Of a stretch of 64,000 nt of DNA, positions 35,001 through 49,993 are shown in pieces (within the stretch, counting starts at the first letter, position 1; each line of letters begins with the position of its first letter). The notes beneath the pieces were generated by a model. It was not told the origin of the DNA, did no database searches, and saw only the letters and a program-made list of their open reading frames with translations. The DNA lies in assembly GCF_964204645.1 (NCBI RefSeq), contig NC_134031.1, positions 17,099,807-17,163,806 of the forward strand, in the 5' to 3' direction. The position numbers and the translations under genes were made by a program. This stretch comes from Tubulanus polymorphus. Taxonomy: Eukaryota > Animalia > Nemertea.

Positions 35001-38000
35001 TAGGATTAGATTATGTATGCAGAAAGTGTTGATGTTCTTTAGTACATAAGAGATTCGAGTAAAATGTGGTTAGGCCGTATTAACTATTGTAGTTCCCACA
35101 GTACTGGGAAATCGAAAAAAGATTGTATTTTGCATATGATAGATTTTCCTCTTATCTTGGAAGTGTTTGGGAAATTCCTTTTATGCCTCATGTAGCATAG
35201 TTCTGGGATATCGCTTGCTTGCCCGAGGACAACTTTCTTCAGCAATTTTTCTTTGAAAAATGACCCATGAAAGCCTGTGGAATTTTGAATTCATGTTGAA
35301 CTAGGAACTATGTATCGTATTTATCATGAGATGTTTTTATTTAAAATTATTGTTAAAAATTTATTTAGATGAATTGGAAGTTCTGTCTGGCCGGTTAAAA
35401 GCATCGCGACAACGTGTCGCCGATTTGGAGAAAACGTCGACCACATCAAATCAAAGCAGTAAAAAGTTTGAAAAGGTACCGGTGATGATTATCCAATCAA
35501 TGAGTATTTATATTTAGCATAACAGAAGATGAATCAGTCATCAATTTATGCCTCATCTCATTAATTGTTGTTATCTATTATTACAGAATAGCAAAGAACT
35601 GTCGAAAGAAGTCGATCGCTTGAAAATAGAAATATACAAAGTCAGGTAAGAGTGGCTTTTGCTGTCACTGTCTGTTAGTTCTAGGGTTCGTAGCGGTTAA
35701 TGGAAAGTTGTGAAATTGACAATGTCCAATTCCAGGCCTGGAGAGTCATAGAATTGACTTCAAAATCACTGAGGTTATGGAAAAAGTCTTGGAAGGAATT
35801 GAATTTCCGAATCTTGACGTGCAGTTTTTTGTAGGCCTGTACATTCTACGTGGGTTATTACGAATGATGTTTCCTGCTTTTCATTTTTTCAGCAAATCAA
35901 GTGAAGATTTACGACAACAGAATTCGGAATTACAGGAGAAATTAAACGGTAAAGTGTCGGAGTGCGCGAACTTGAACCAGACGGTGAAAGATGTGAAACA
36001 CGAGCTCGGTATGAAAGACGTCCTCTTACAGCAGGTAAAGTTTCATTGCAAATAAAGACGAGGGCCCGGTCTCATCGTCCTCGCTTGCCAGGGTTTGATT
36101 GCCTTGTATCGGTAGAGCGAATTTGCCGGTGAAAGACTGGTTGGCTTGATACATAGACTGGTGGCCCCGAATGGCAAACTGTCCACCTAAGAAATCTTGG
36201 GCGGTGTAATAAACCAATGAAGGGTCTGTGGTCAGGTTTTCTATTGGTGTGAGCTTCAGCAGGAGGCAATCAAACCCTGTCAAGCAAGGATCGGTTTCGT
36301 GGACTGGGTATGAAAATAACTACTGGCTGTAAATCCTTAACCTGGGTGACAACCACCATAGATTGTAACAACTAAAATTTCTAAGTGTTTCTAGGGATTA
36401 TTTTGTCCCCAAATCTATGAAACTCAGCCCTGGCATCGCCCAGAGTTAGAACGCTATAACTACTGTTTCATTGGATGATGTATTTTTTGCAGCTTTCTAA
36501 TCAGAGTGCGAATAGCAACGAATCGGCGCAAATGGTGCAGTTATTGAACGCGGAGAAAGTCGAACTGACAAACCGCCTCGAAAACTACAATGAAGCATTC
36601 CAGAAATTAACCGCTGAACGGGACCAGATAGCTGTCCAGTATCAACAGTATATCGAACAGTTGAAACAGCGCGAGACTCAGTTACAGGAACAGGTATATT
36701 CCTTCCTTGAAAAAAAAAACCAAACGCCGGAGTTGTGAGTTTGAAAACGAAATACAGTCAAATTCGCTCAATTCAGCTGGGTTTAATCCAGATCTCGATC
36801 TAATCCGCCGCCAGTTTTAGAGACTGGTGATATTAACTTTAACCCGGAATTGTAATTTTAGGTTGAATCTTTGATCGAAGAACGAGATCGAATGCAAAAA
36901 CGACACGAAGAACTCGATGATATAATCTCACGGTTGAACTACGAACTCGGTAATTAATTGATTACTAAACTACTACGTTAGGATATTATATTCATATGTG
37001 TATTTCTTTTTGACCACGTAGCATTCAAGAATTTGGAATTTGAAATTATGTATGAATATAGATATTCTGACGAGAAAATGATAATAGGATAACTTGCTAA
37101 ACGAAATAGTATTTTATCAATACTGAAATTCCTATGAACTTATTGGTCAGCTTTAATCGGAGCCTTGAAGAATTTTTCCCGCCCGATCTTTTTGCAGCCA
37201 ATCAGAATCCGTCCGCCGGCGAAGACCTACAGACGTTAGTTCAAGAGTTGAGCGGTCAGTTACAGAAGGTGAAACTCGACTACGAGGAATTGACCGCGAA
37301 ATATCAAGCCCAAGTTCGCGATAATTCTCAGTTGAGCCGGTAAGTCAGTTAGACTAGAAATCACTTAGCTAGAAATCAGGGAATTAAAGTCAATTAAAAG
37401 TGGTCACCCTGATGAGCTTCATGATGTTTCATTAGTTTATTATCACTGACATGTACATTACGTGTGAATCATAAATAGAAATTATAGAAAAAAGACCCAG
37501 CCCAAATTAAGACTTATAAGTCACTTAATAAATGAATAGAGTTGATGTAGATAAAATTTTCCTGCAGAATTTATACTTGAAACATTGTATTCAAAAGTGA
37601 ATTTCTTTTTGACCATGCAGCGATCGAGAACATTTTGAATGTAAAAATTTGATGATCAGACAATATACTTCATGTGAATTGAAACTGTTTGTCAAGGTTA
37701 ATATGTATTATATGCGTTGAACTTGGTTTTTCAAGGTTTGTCGACGAACGAGAAGTGCGAATTCAAGAACTCGAGAGCACGGTGGAGAAACTGTCGGAAA
37801 ACTCGGTCGATCACAATCAGTTACTGGAGAATTTACAGAGCGACAAAATGGCTTTGAGTCGCGCGATGACACAGAACAAAGAACTGAAAACGCAACTCGC
37901 CGAGCTTCAGAACGGTTTCATGAAAATGGTGAGAGATTCGTCGGTGAATACGCGGAGAGGATATCCACGCGAATTGTTCTATATTTTGTAAACGATGTTT

Positions 38001-41000
38001 TGAATTTTTTCGCAGAGTCACGAGAATATGGATTTATTAACTCAACTACAAAACGAACAGCACGTGTCGAAGGAACTAGGAACTCGTTTGGGCCAGCAGG
38101 AAGATGAACTGAAAGAGATCAGGGAACAGGTATGTACTTGAAAGTGTTTTCTTATTGCTGTAGGTATGCGTATTTTTAAAACGATTCAACCGCAATTGAG
38201 CTATTGCAACATCTAGCTTCTCCAAATCTCATCATAAAACCAATCAATCTAGTCCCAAATTAAGAATGAAAAATAAAAAGTTCGAAAAGTTTCCTTGAAC
38301 TTTAGTTGATTCGACATTTCAACTTGCGAGAATATGTTCGAGATTAATTTAGTAATGATTTAGTTGTTCTTGAAGATAACTATTTGGATATAGTTGAATA
38401 AACTATAGCTCAAGAAAACTTTTTGGACTCATTCTTGATAGTGTGGGGTTTTGTATCAGTTTTACAACATGGACGGTGTTTCATTAACGGTTGTCAATCA
38501 AGTCTTTGATACATTTTAGTTGAAATGACCTTGTGGAATTTTAGTTGAAATGACTGGATTATTTGAATGTGATTCCTACGTAGGTCGTTACGAAGGAGAC
38601 GCAGTTGAGACATCTTCACGAAGAGCAGACGTTGCATAATAAACAGATGTTCCAAGCCGAACAACTCGAAGATCGAATACGACACTTCGAAGCTCAGGGA
38701 CAACTCGTCGATACGCTTCAACGAGAACTCAACTCAGCTCAGGTATTTGATTTACCATCCGAACCGCTGACTACATGAAACAAAACGTTAAGTGTAGAAA
38801 AAAAAACGCAATCAAAATAAAACTAATACTGGATTATTATGTTAATACTCAAATGCTATGAGCCAATTTCGAAACTGATTTATTATCCAAGAGTTGTAAA
38901 AATATAACAAGTTTACGATGTGATATGCGATGCCTGAAGCAGCTAGAATATAATCAGTGTGTTGTTGATTTTGGGGGAGAGACCCAAGTCGGAATTCACT
39001 TTGGAATCAGTGTTTTATGGAATGATAGCTGACTCTATGAGTCCTAGCATTTATATAGATGGGGTAGATTAATTAGTTTTACTTTGTATTATGGGTTCTT
39101 TCTTCAATCAGTCATTTGTCTATGGAAACCAACCTGTATTTAGTGTCTTGGTTTGAAAATGTCATTCTCACTGCTTTCAGGATACTATAAATGCGCTGAC
39201 CAGTCAAAATACGGAACTGAAGAATCTGCTGCGTCAAGCTAGCGAAGTCGACCAAAGTGAAAATGCCAGTGATACTGACGCCAAACAAGCGGAAATGGTA
39301 AATACATGTAGATCTTTTCTAGGTGTTAGACGAGAAGATACACAATATCCGTGTATGATGATGACGAGAGAAATCCCACAATAACGAAGCCAAGATTGAA
39401 AAATTCTATATCAGAATGGTTATATTTGAGGAGTGATGTTTCGGCTAACAACTGTTAGCCATCATCAGGCGTACTCAAAGTACTAGGTGTATTTATGCCA
39501 TTTATTAACACTGGTCTATGCGTGTCTATGTTCAGGTGCACGCCTTATCGGCGTCTGTCCGACAACTAGAAATGGAACGAAATGAAGTCCTGAATCAGTG
39601 TCGAGAGGAGACACGAATTCGACAAAGTTTGCAAGAAGAAATCATTCGACTTCAAAAGGAAAATGAGTTGCAAGGTACAGAATACTCGGCGTATGATGTA
39701 ATGATAATGGATTAGATGATAATGTTAATTGAACCTAACATCTATATGAAATACCTACAAAGAAAGCTTAACCTAGTTTAATTGAAAGCTTTGATGAACA
39801 AATGGGTTTAGAGATTGATTTTTGACGAGGTTTGATTGGACTAGGTAACTAATTCTGTATGGGGCAGAGTAGGAGAAGGCTCTATGCCAGGCTGAGACCG
39901 GATTAATACAGGGGATAACTAGCAGGCATTGATTGCATGATCTTAAAACTAGTGGATGTTTCATATCGCACAGTTGACTAAATATTGAGATGCGAGGCTC
40001 TTGAGGGATTTAGGGTTGAAATGTCGTAAAATAAGAAGCTGTTATCCAGAAGCTATGGGAAAGATTTACTTGGACCCGGTTCCGTAGTTGTGGTAGTCAG
40101 ATTTAGTTAATTTTCAAAAGCCTTGGATCTACGCTACCGGTACCGCAGTAGTTAAACGTATTCATCTTTGGAATTGTTTTGCTTTTTACGCAGCGCCGTC
40201 GATGTTGAACGGAACGTACGTCACGAAGGAACAGTTCGACGCGATGCAGGCGGCGATGAAGATGCTCGAGGACAAGTACACGTCGGTGATGCGCGATAAA
40301 GCCGATCTCGACGATCAACGCGATCAGTACGAACACATCATACTACAATTACAAACTGAAACCGATACGATCGGTGAGTAAACGAAAATACGCCGGTCAG
40401 CTCGATGTAAAAAATTGCGAGAAACGGATGTCTGCTTAAAGAATTGTGGAAACTTTTGAAAAATCGGTTAAAAATCATGAAAATTAGTGAACAATTCAAC
40501 AGTTGTCACTTGTCAAGATGTTTTTATCCCCTTTTCACGCCATATCCCGCGGAGATCATAATTTATACACACGATATGTTAATTTTTAAGAAGCTTTACT
40601 TTCTTTTTCATCCCTTAACCAACTGAGCGCCACTTTGATAATTGATGAGCACGTTCGTGGTTTCTTTTGGGGATTGAGGAAAAAATTATTGATATTTAAT
40701 TTCTAGGCGATTACATCTCGTTGTACCATCAGCAGAGAGGGGTTCTACAGCATCGAGAACAAGAGAAAGAGGAATACATTGTTCGTTTGACTCGTGAACG
40801 TGAGGATATGCAGGTAACTAAACAGAGTTGGGGATCTATCATCATTTGGCAGAATTTAGGAAGCAGGTTTGTGCGTGGATATCCACTGCGGGCTTGCTAG
40901 TAGCTGATGAGGACAGGCTATTCGAGATAGGCAGTTCTGTCTGTAGTGGCTACACGGCTGAATGTTATGGGCCCCTACTCTAACATTGGGATTTTCCTTT

Positions 41001-42398
41001 AGGCAGGATATTTGCAAAGTAAAAAGGTTTTTAGGCTTCCATTCGAACCTGATGGCATCAATACTCTGCTGGGGCACGAAACCCTGTGCATGTACCTGCG
41101 CACTCGCGCTTATTACGCATGGCTGTGATGCCATCAGGTTCAAATCCCTCCCGATGGAGGATGGCGGAATCTTTATGAAAGCCTAATTATGCATTTGTCT
41201 GCCACGACATACTATTGCAACTCGTTTCATAGAATTTGTAAACGATTTTGGATGATTTCAGAGTAAACTCGGTGAACTTCAAGCGCTTGTGATGAAACTG
41301 CTGCAAGAACGCAATCAGTTGAATTCGTCGTATAACAACGGCGGCGCCATTCTGGACAACCAAACTCTGTCGTTATCGGCTGTTGCAAACCACGATAACA
41401 TCGCGAATAATATTCACGATAAATCATTCGGAAAAACATTAGACAGCTCGCAACTTGACGGTAAATATCTTGATCAATAGTTCATAGAGTGCATTTCGCA
41501 ATTGTCACAGTCTTTCCAATGATCTTCAATACATTTTGTAACTCACATGATTCTATTTCAGTTGAACTTCTAGTGTCTTCTTCAAAATCCACGAATAGCT
41601 ATTGCGTTATATTCTAACAGGTTCATTTCACTCTTCAAACCAAACTAAATTTCCATCATTTCAATTTATCCAATCCAGTGCCTCTTACTGATGTAGGCTA
41701 CGCATGCATCTATCTCCACTCCATCCTAATTTTTTCATCCAGTTTAGTAGATTAGATTTTTGGATTCTTCTGTATCTTGTCTTCTAGAATCATTAGGACT
41801 TTTCTTTCATAAGTAGAGTTGCCGGAATCTTTTTTCTCTGGTTTTAAGTTTTTATCACTTTTTACGAAAGTTTAACATAGTTTTCAGGTTTTCAACTTAG
41901 TTTTTAACTGAAAATTTAGCAAATGGGCGACTAAAGATTTTGTCAGGACTGTTAGAATTGTTTTCCAGATACATGCAGAAAGCTTTCCCTTGAAACGGTT
42001 AGTTGCTTACCGGTAGTCATGATTTCAACTCGTGAATAATTTTATTTCCAGATTGGCCGGATTATACGAGTTCAGGAACGGGTTCGGATAGCGATGTGAG
42101 CGAGGTTGAGGCGATCATCGCGACGCGCGGCGAACCGATCTCCGTCGGTACGAACATCGAAACGGATTCCTCAGATCATCATCGCCATCATCCTTCTCAA
42201 CATCATCATCATCATCATCACCAGGAGCAACTAACGAAAAATACCGTAACGACTACGACCATTCCGCAAGACAACACCGCTTCGAAAATCATGCATTTAA
42301 TTACGGAAATCGGGAACAAGACAAACTCTTCACTAGAGTTGGAATCGAGTCATATTGTACCTTGTAAATGCTGCCATGGACGACTTCAAGTTGTGTAA
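32077..42398 (+). pseudogene. GOLGA2: 5'-truncated GOLGA2 duplicate (exon 2 onward; no promoter or exon 1); reading frame and splice sites otherwise appear intact
   Basis: The duplication starts inside intron 1. The exon 2 acceptor is at 32076. No stop or frameshift was seen in the exons compared. Expression status unknown. Confidence 0.7.
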
Positions 42399-45300
42399 CG
42401 ACACAACATCTCAATTGTAGATATTATATATATATATAGATATAGATATATATTTGGGTTATTTATTTATGGCGGTTTCGAGGACATTAATACATACCTC
42501 CAGCATTGATTGCTGCTTGAAAATTAGCGTTTGTTTTCGTGCCTTCGGGTGATTCTCCGATAATAAGGTACCGGCATCGCTTTACTGTGGCAAGCAAGGA
42601 TCCGCCAGGTTCGTTAGTGGTTAGCAGATTACCGCGCTTCAATTTATTCTACATTGCAGTTACTTTTCTCATTGGTAAATCATTTTTCAGTGAAATCAAT
42701 ACCACACGCTGTGAGTGAGAAGGTGACCTCTATTCGATGACTTGTTTGATGATATTACGATTTAGGTGCCTAAAATTTCAACTCAATTTTCACTATGAAT
42801 AACCCGGTATATTGTTTGACTATTGTTACGCGTTGAATTAGTTCGAATTCATTGCAGGAAAATGTTTAGAAACGTTTTGATTCTGTGATACACCGGCAAA
42901 TGACAGTATACGCTACAATGCAAACCAATTAAAAATACACTTATTTTGTTTCATTCATTGCTGAATTTTTCAGTTCTGCCGTGGTTTGAAAGTATCATCG
43001 AAATTACGTAATTTTTAGAAAAACTAATGCTGTAGATTTATGAGTGGAAACTTTAGTTTAACGATGTTTATCGCGCAGACTACTGGCTTTTGAAATGAAA
43101 AAAAGTCTCGGCCTGGATCTGTGAATCCCAATTTCAATAAATGTCAGTAGATATAACCGAGATACTCTGCATCGATAAAACTATATGTGAAGCTTCCACT
43201 CACTAAAATTCATCGTATAATTTTCACTTTCCTTTTGGTTTGATTTTTTGTGATGCATGAATCTATTTTGTGCTTGTATATGATCTGTGTACAGTACTCG
43301 GAAGGGATCAATGGTGCTTTTCTATAGCCGGTAGTTTTAGAATGATGTGCACCCTTTTTGCGAGGTTTTTTTTTTCTGAATGACCTAATACTGTAATATG
43401 CGCTGACATCAGGTTTCATTCGACATGGACCGCATTATCGAAAGGGCTTTTTATTTGCATTTCGAGGAAATCCTATACACTATAAACTGTCTAGGCGGTT
43501 CAATTGAAAAGTCTATATTACCAATGTGTGCATTGTCGACACTAGGAAGTCGCATTGCCAGTTTTAGCTGTTGGTAACAGCTTGTTCATTAAACCTCCTG
43601 ATATGAAAATCGTCATAAAACTTTGAATGAAAACAAAGTATTATGAAAATGACTGACGTATATATCATCAGATTTTTGGAAAACGCAATCCTGATTGAAA
43701 CATTATTCTACTACCGCATTCTAAGCCTGTAATTATATCGGGTGTAAATGTTATCAAACTGTGATAGAAGAATCGAAATGAAGGACCTTTGAATAACAGA
43801 TAAATAGACTCTGCTCGCTTCAGCCAGTTTATTCCCTAAATTGTTTGCTAAGATAAAATCTGATAGAAGTAAGCAGCGGAGTCTACTGTGTAAAAGCTGA
43901 TTTATCCTTCTCCGAGATCTTTTCATCGGGGAAATTGTTCAATCCTTTCCTGATTATTATTATTATTATTAATATTAGTATGTTATTAGTTTATAAGTTA
44001 TCTTTTTTGTACGTGCTGTGCTTATTCCGTAGAATGTGGACACCTCGACGCGTGGTGTCACCAGAATTTCTACCCTTCGATCGGTTTGACTTCGAAACTA
44101 TCGAAAACACGCGATTCTAGTGACGTCACGCGTCAACGTATCGATATCCGATTATCGGTGTCCGGAGGAAGGAATCGATCGAAATTTAATCTTGTTAACC
44201 GATGTTACGTTTATTGTAAATACATAAGAACAAAATGATTTAATATATGATTATATACCGGTATACGAAATGTACATACACATTCATCATTCTAGTCGCC
44301 TGCTTTGTACAGAAATTTGCTAATTTTTTTTTTTTTCGTCAAATTACGCCGGTTGCAGTGTTCTTGGTAAAGTTTGGCCCTCGAAAAGAGTTAAGATTAA
44401 GTTCAGTTCAAATGTTTAACACTCGAAGAGTGAAATGTTTACCGAGAACCGTGCGACTGTGTCCAGCGGTATAAGGAAGTCTTGTATCGTTGAAATGTAT
44501 GTCTGCAGAAATTATTTGTCCGCGCGTTTTGAAGTTGTCGGGGAGGTGTTAGGATATTTCTGGTGAAATGAAAAATAAAATACATTAACTCAATAATCTG
44601 ACTGCGGGGTTTGTGTATGGTGATTTCCATCTTAACCATTTATTTGTTTGTTTCTAATAAAACACTGCTACGAAGTAGTAGTTTTTTGAGGTTTGTTGTA
44701 TTCTAGACAAATTACCCCCCATTTAATGCCGTAATCGCTCTAATTAGTAGTCGAATAAAACGCTTGAATCCGTGTAAAATGTAGATAAATGAAGAAGTCC
44801 GACGACTCGAATTTTATCATTCAAAATTCTATGGTGGGGACTTCTTTATTTAATTACTTTAATGATTCGTACGAAAATTAGACGTGAATTTTCATCATCA
44901 TATGTATTGAACTGTTTGGTTTTCTTTTTCATCGGGCTTTTGATCTATATTTATGGGGCTGCGCTTTGAAAGCCCTAACTAACTTAATGGGAGTTTCTTT
45001 GTTGCCAAAAAACCAACACATTCATTGTCACTAATATTCATGTGTACAGGATAGTCTCGATCTATTCATACATACATTGTAAATTACGTTTCTGCTGTGT
45101 GGTGATCATCAAAAATAATCAAAAACACTCTTTGAATCTATATTTTTGTAATCGCTCGTAAATTTATTCAACTTTTTTTTTCGCTGCCAAGTTAAAAGAA
45201 TAAATGGATCAGCATTCAGATTTATTCTTAGTTATCCAGTACGATTAGTCGATTGTACATTGAACATTGTATTTAAGGTATCGTGTATCAGATGAAGGGA

Positions 45301-45756
45301 GTATATTCAAATTGATTTGCCTCATAATAAATGAATTAGGTAATACATGAAAATTCGTTTCTTATTTCACTCATGAGTGGATTGAAAATCTGAATTGAGG
45401 ACTGAGGAGTTTTTGATGGCCCAGTATGCCGGATTTGAGAGCTGCGACCAGTTTCATCATGAATGTGTAACTTTTGATGAAAATTGAGCGGATGCAACAG
45501 TAATGTGTGCCGTCGAGTCTCGTGATGCCATCGGGTTCGAATCCCTGCCGATGATATTCCAGCGGGAGTGTTGATTGAATAACGTCATCATAATATTAAA
45601 GGTTTACCTTCACCCGAATCTACGAGCAATGATCTCAAATGATTGCTCGTAGTGGCATCAATGAAATCTTTCACTTAATTGTGATCGGATTTAATTGTTA
45701 ATTATCCACTGAACAAGAATGTCAAAAAATCACCTTTATCTAAGAACTATCGTTTA

Positions 45757-46452
45757 TCAAATTTCTTGTTGAGTAAGGAATATATGATCTGATCGTTCAC
45801 TATCCGGAATTGCGGCTGATGTAAATCGCTCTTCTGGTTTCGCGATAGCAGCGGACGACGACGAAGTACGTAGCGGCCGCATGCTCACTTTCATCGGCGG
45901 TAAAATCAATTTCGCCGAATGTTGCCGCACGAACCGGCGTTCGTCTGCTGTATCATCATCCTTCCTGAGACTGCTTCCGAATATTTGCGAGTCGGTCATC
46001 GTACGATCGATGACTTCTAATTGTTTACGTTTGTTCAGTAATTCCCGTACGAACTTCCTCCGCCTAACCTCGGGTGACATGTCCCGAATTTCCGCGTGGA
46101 TCAATGGATAAACGTCATAGTAGGTCGAGTTCGGGCCGTAACGCCCCAAATTACCCGTATTCGTTGGGTCGGCGGCGAAATGTTTGGCAACCCCGCGCAG
46201 AACGTTTTTATAAGCGATATGATCGCGCATATTCTCGCGTAAATGACCGGCAAGACCTGCGGATTTTTGCCGATAGAATTTCTCCTCTTGTTTTATGTGA
46301 TACTTCCTCACGTCTAAGTGTTGTTGTTCGTTTTTGTTGAGAGCCACGACTTTATTACTTCTGGCGTTACATTGTCGTTTAATCGACTCGATTTTCGATT
46401 CGTAATGATACGATCGATTGTAGTGGTCGAAAATCAATTTACGACCCGGCAT
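45757..46452 (-). CDS. Uncharacterised ~231-aa protein, copy 2
   Basis: Duplicate of 19588-20283 with two amino-acid changes (G>D, Q>K). Confidence 0.75.
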   Translation of the reverse strand: MPGRKLIFDHYNRSYHYESKIESIKRQCNARSNKVVALNKNEQQHLDVRKYHIKQEEKFYRQKSAGLAGHLRENMRDHIAYKNVLRGVAKHFAADPTNTGNLGRYGPNSTYYDVYPLIHAEIRDMSPEVRRRKFVRELLNKRKQLEVIDRTMTDSQIFGSSLRKDDDTADERRFVRQHSAKLILPPMKVSMRPLRTSSSSAAIAKPEERFTSAAIPDSERSDHIFLTQQEI

Positions 46453-48071
46453 CGTCGTGCAGATGATAATCCACAAGAGTTGAACTAGAATCGAATTTGG
46501 CACCCCTTTAACGGTAAACCCACGTACACTAATCCAAAAGATAGACAAGCACCCTTTTGGGGGAATCCTTCCACACTAATGTCACCGAAAAAGGAAACTA
46601 TCTCATCACTGTGCAGGGGCTTTCCATTTAATGCAAACACATGTATATACGCATAGCTTTTCATTTTCCTTCATTTTTCTTCTCAAATTATACTTACGCG
46701 CTATTCATCATTTGGTGTTGACAAAAGATCGACGCCGAAAAAAGCGCTAATTTCCCATTCCTGCACATTAGAGTGCGGATGGCTATACAATTATGTCAGC
46801 GATATTGACTAGACGGTCCCACGGGTGTCGTAAAATATTTAATAATAAGCTGTCAGCTATTGAAAATTCATGGGAATCCGAAATATATCATAGACAAAAC
46901 AATGTTTATACAAGCTCGGAACTTTACCTGACGACGCGGACGCGAAACAATCAACGATATCTCATGATATCAACGCCAGAATATCATATTCAATTCTCCG
47001 TTGCCTTCTCGATCCTCGCTTTAACTATGATCGCTGAATTTACCCAAAATAGTAATGAAACCAAACGCGGAAACTTTTGCAACTTCCCAATTCAGGCGAG
47101 ATTCAATATGTTGATGATGTCTCTATTAATCCTTGTAATGGCTGTAGTAAATGCCAATAAGGTAAACATAGCGAAGCTCGGCAACTACACGGCAATTTCC
47201 ATACCATTACATTAAAAATTACTTTTAATGAGAACAAATTGCAGCTTCTTTCTACCAATGGAAACCGCCTCTTGTATACCGGTACTTAACGAACTTAGCA
47301 AATATATTCAGGTTTCAAATGACTGTTTACTTAAGTTGTTTAAAAATACTCTCCAATGTTCTGGGGTGTTTCACCGGGTAGTGATTACGCATAGAGGGAC
47401 CTACTCGGTTTGTCGCATCTGTCAATCACTTAGATAGAGCTTTTGAAGAAAACGTCATACAATTGAAAAGAAAAACAACTGGATATCTTGACCAGAGTCG
47501 TCAGGCGACAAATTATATATCCTACGGGCAAATTAGGTAAAAATTCACGGGAAACTAAACCCTGGGTTTATATAAAGTAGCGTCTTTCGTACGTCAAATA
47601 AAGGTCAGATATGAAATGGAATCGCCAGATGTTTTGTTTTACTGTCGTTGATTATTCTTTCAGAGATATTTTTTCTTACTGTCCACGAAACTCGGATTAG
47701 GTTAACAAGTATTTCACGCATGCACTTTGCTTACTTGTCCCTCTTTCATTACCTCAACGTCTATCATTTTTCGAAGAAAAGTCCTTTCATTCTTGCCCCC
47801 CCCCGCCAAAAAAATAAGTCCATTAGAATTAGAATATGGCTTCATAGCAACTGAATCAGTGAATGAGTATTGAAACAGAGAAATGAATATTGCTCGATGC
47901 AGGACCGCGACCTGTGGAGAACTGGCCTGTCTACGTCACGTATTAGTTGCATAGATACGTGACCTAGCAACGTCTTCTTTGAGGAAAAACGCCCTGAGCC
48001 CAACTTCACCGTTTTCACACTGAATTGACTTAGAAGTAATAAATTCGGTATCATAATTTAAAAAGTGTGTT

Positions 48072-49136
48072 ATGGATTGGAATTGGGGACAGAACTCCCC
48101 CTGTGGCCGACCTCCAAGTCGCCAACATCCCAGCACAGCGAGTGAGTATATACGCGACGAAGAATCTGAAACGAAATTTGACCGAAAATAATTTTTAAAA
48201 AAATCAATGATCAATTCTTAATGAACAACTTATTGAATGTTACTGATAATGTTTAATGAAGGTTTTCGTCACTTTCTTCAACGATGGCAGAAGCATCAAC
48301 GCGTTCATGGTTTCGAATCGTTGTTGATGTTTATCAGAGAAATCTAATCGTCTTTTCATGATTTTCAATGAAATCAAACAAAATATAATTAGACTAGTTG
48401 ATGATACTGATGATACAAATATTGATATAAATCTTAGGTCAATACGTATTATCATCAGTCTTAATCATTGATAAGAGCGGGCTACATCCGTATCGTTAAA
48501 GAAAAGTAAAATATTACCGCAATTCAAATTCATTTGCAAAATGATTTTCGATAATTTACAGAGAAAAATAAGAGTAAAGAAAATATTGACTGCAGTTCAT
48601 TCACATTGACTTCGAAATTGAAACAACAAGAACCACTTTATATGCGATCAGTAGCAGGCTACAAAAACGCCATTTTCAAAGATCCCGCCTGGAAACAATC
48701 AAAACTATTCCCGGGTATCGGTAACGGCAAGCGCAGAAGCCTCACGACTATATCGCCAACTGGTATGTATCAATTTACAAACAATATCAGCTCACGCGTA
48801 ATAGATAACGCAACGACTGTATGACATATTAATATTACAGATTGCACTGGAGACATTAGACTGCCGCAAATTGATGCACGAATGAAGAAAAAGCAATCGA
48901 ACAATGACTTGAACTGGGGTAGAAAATCTCGTGTGAACGTCTCACCAATTTATGACGACGACGAAGTGATTGCCCGACCAATCACTCCACCAAAACCAGT
49001 CGCTAAACCTTCCGCTTTGATTCCGCTGATCTTCGATAAGAGCTACACCGAGGCTATGAAAGAAAATGCGAAGAAGGATAAGGAAAAGAAGAATGGCCGC
49101 CGCAAGAAATCGAAGGCCAAGCGCGGAGTCACCTAA
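48072..49136 (+). CDS. Uncharacterised Lys-rich ~188-aa protein, copy 2
   Basis: Duplicate of 21900-22964 with splice sites preserved. Confidence 0.65.
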
Positions 49137-49993
49137 ATCGCAGTAAATTTTCCAAACTTTCATTTTCACCTATGAATGAAGATACACGAATATTCCGCAC
49201 AAAAATAATGAAAAATCATACTTTTATTTACAGCAAACCATCGAAACAAACCAACAAGTCAACGCATTTTTTAGCATTTACCATATCAGATTATAATCAT
49301 TGAAATCTTACGAAATTATCTGCATCGAACTGACATCAAATTGGATCGGCTACCTTAGATTTGCCAAGATAGGGAAACCTAAAAACGAGAAAGAAGAACC
49401 GCGAATCTGCGATAGAGGGAAACGAAAGGACAATCATTGCTAAAGATGTGTCGATATGAAAATTGTATTCCCGGACTAGCCTTATGTAGCGAAGGAATGA
49501 TCTTCCATTCGCGGAATGATTAGATATTTCCAGCTTGATTTACAAATCTGGACTCCAAACCCACGACGGCCTGCGTGAGTTGAGCAATAAGATTGTAATG
49601 ATTGCTGGATGATTTTGTGCAGTATGACTACGAGTTGAGACTGAAAGAGCGGCGGGAGCGTGAAAGCGAACGGAAATGTCAACCTGTTAAATGGATGTGA
49701 ATTCTCTCTTTGGACTCGTTATTTGAGCGGAGGGAAACAAGTTTGGAATGTAACCAGTTTCTGTAGAGTCGAATTGGGGCCTCAATTCGATTTTCTACTG
49801 TGGAACTGAGGGATGGTATATCTTATATGTCAGTTTGTTTTAGGGTTTTTGATGACGTGAATGTTCTGTTCGTAGTGACCCCGGTCTGTAAAAATTAACT
49901 GTTAGAATGTGTAAAAACAACGACAAACGCTTTAATTCAGAATCGAGTGTATGAATGTGGATTCTGGGCACTGTCCAGCAGGATCTGAGTGTA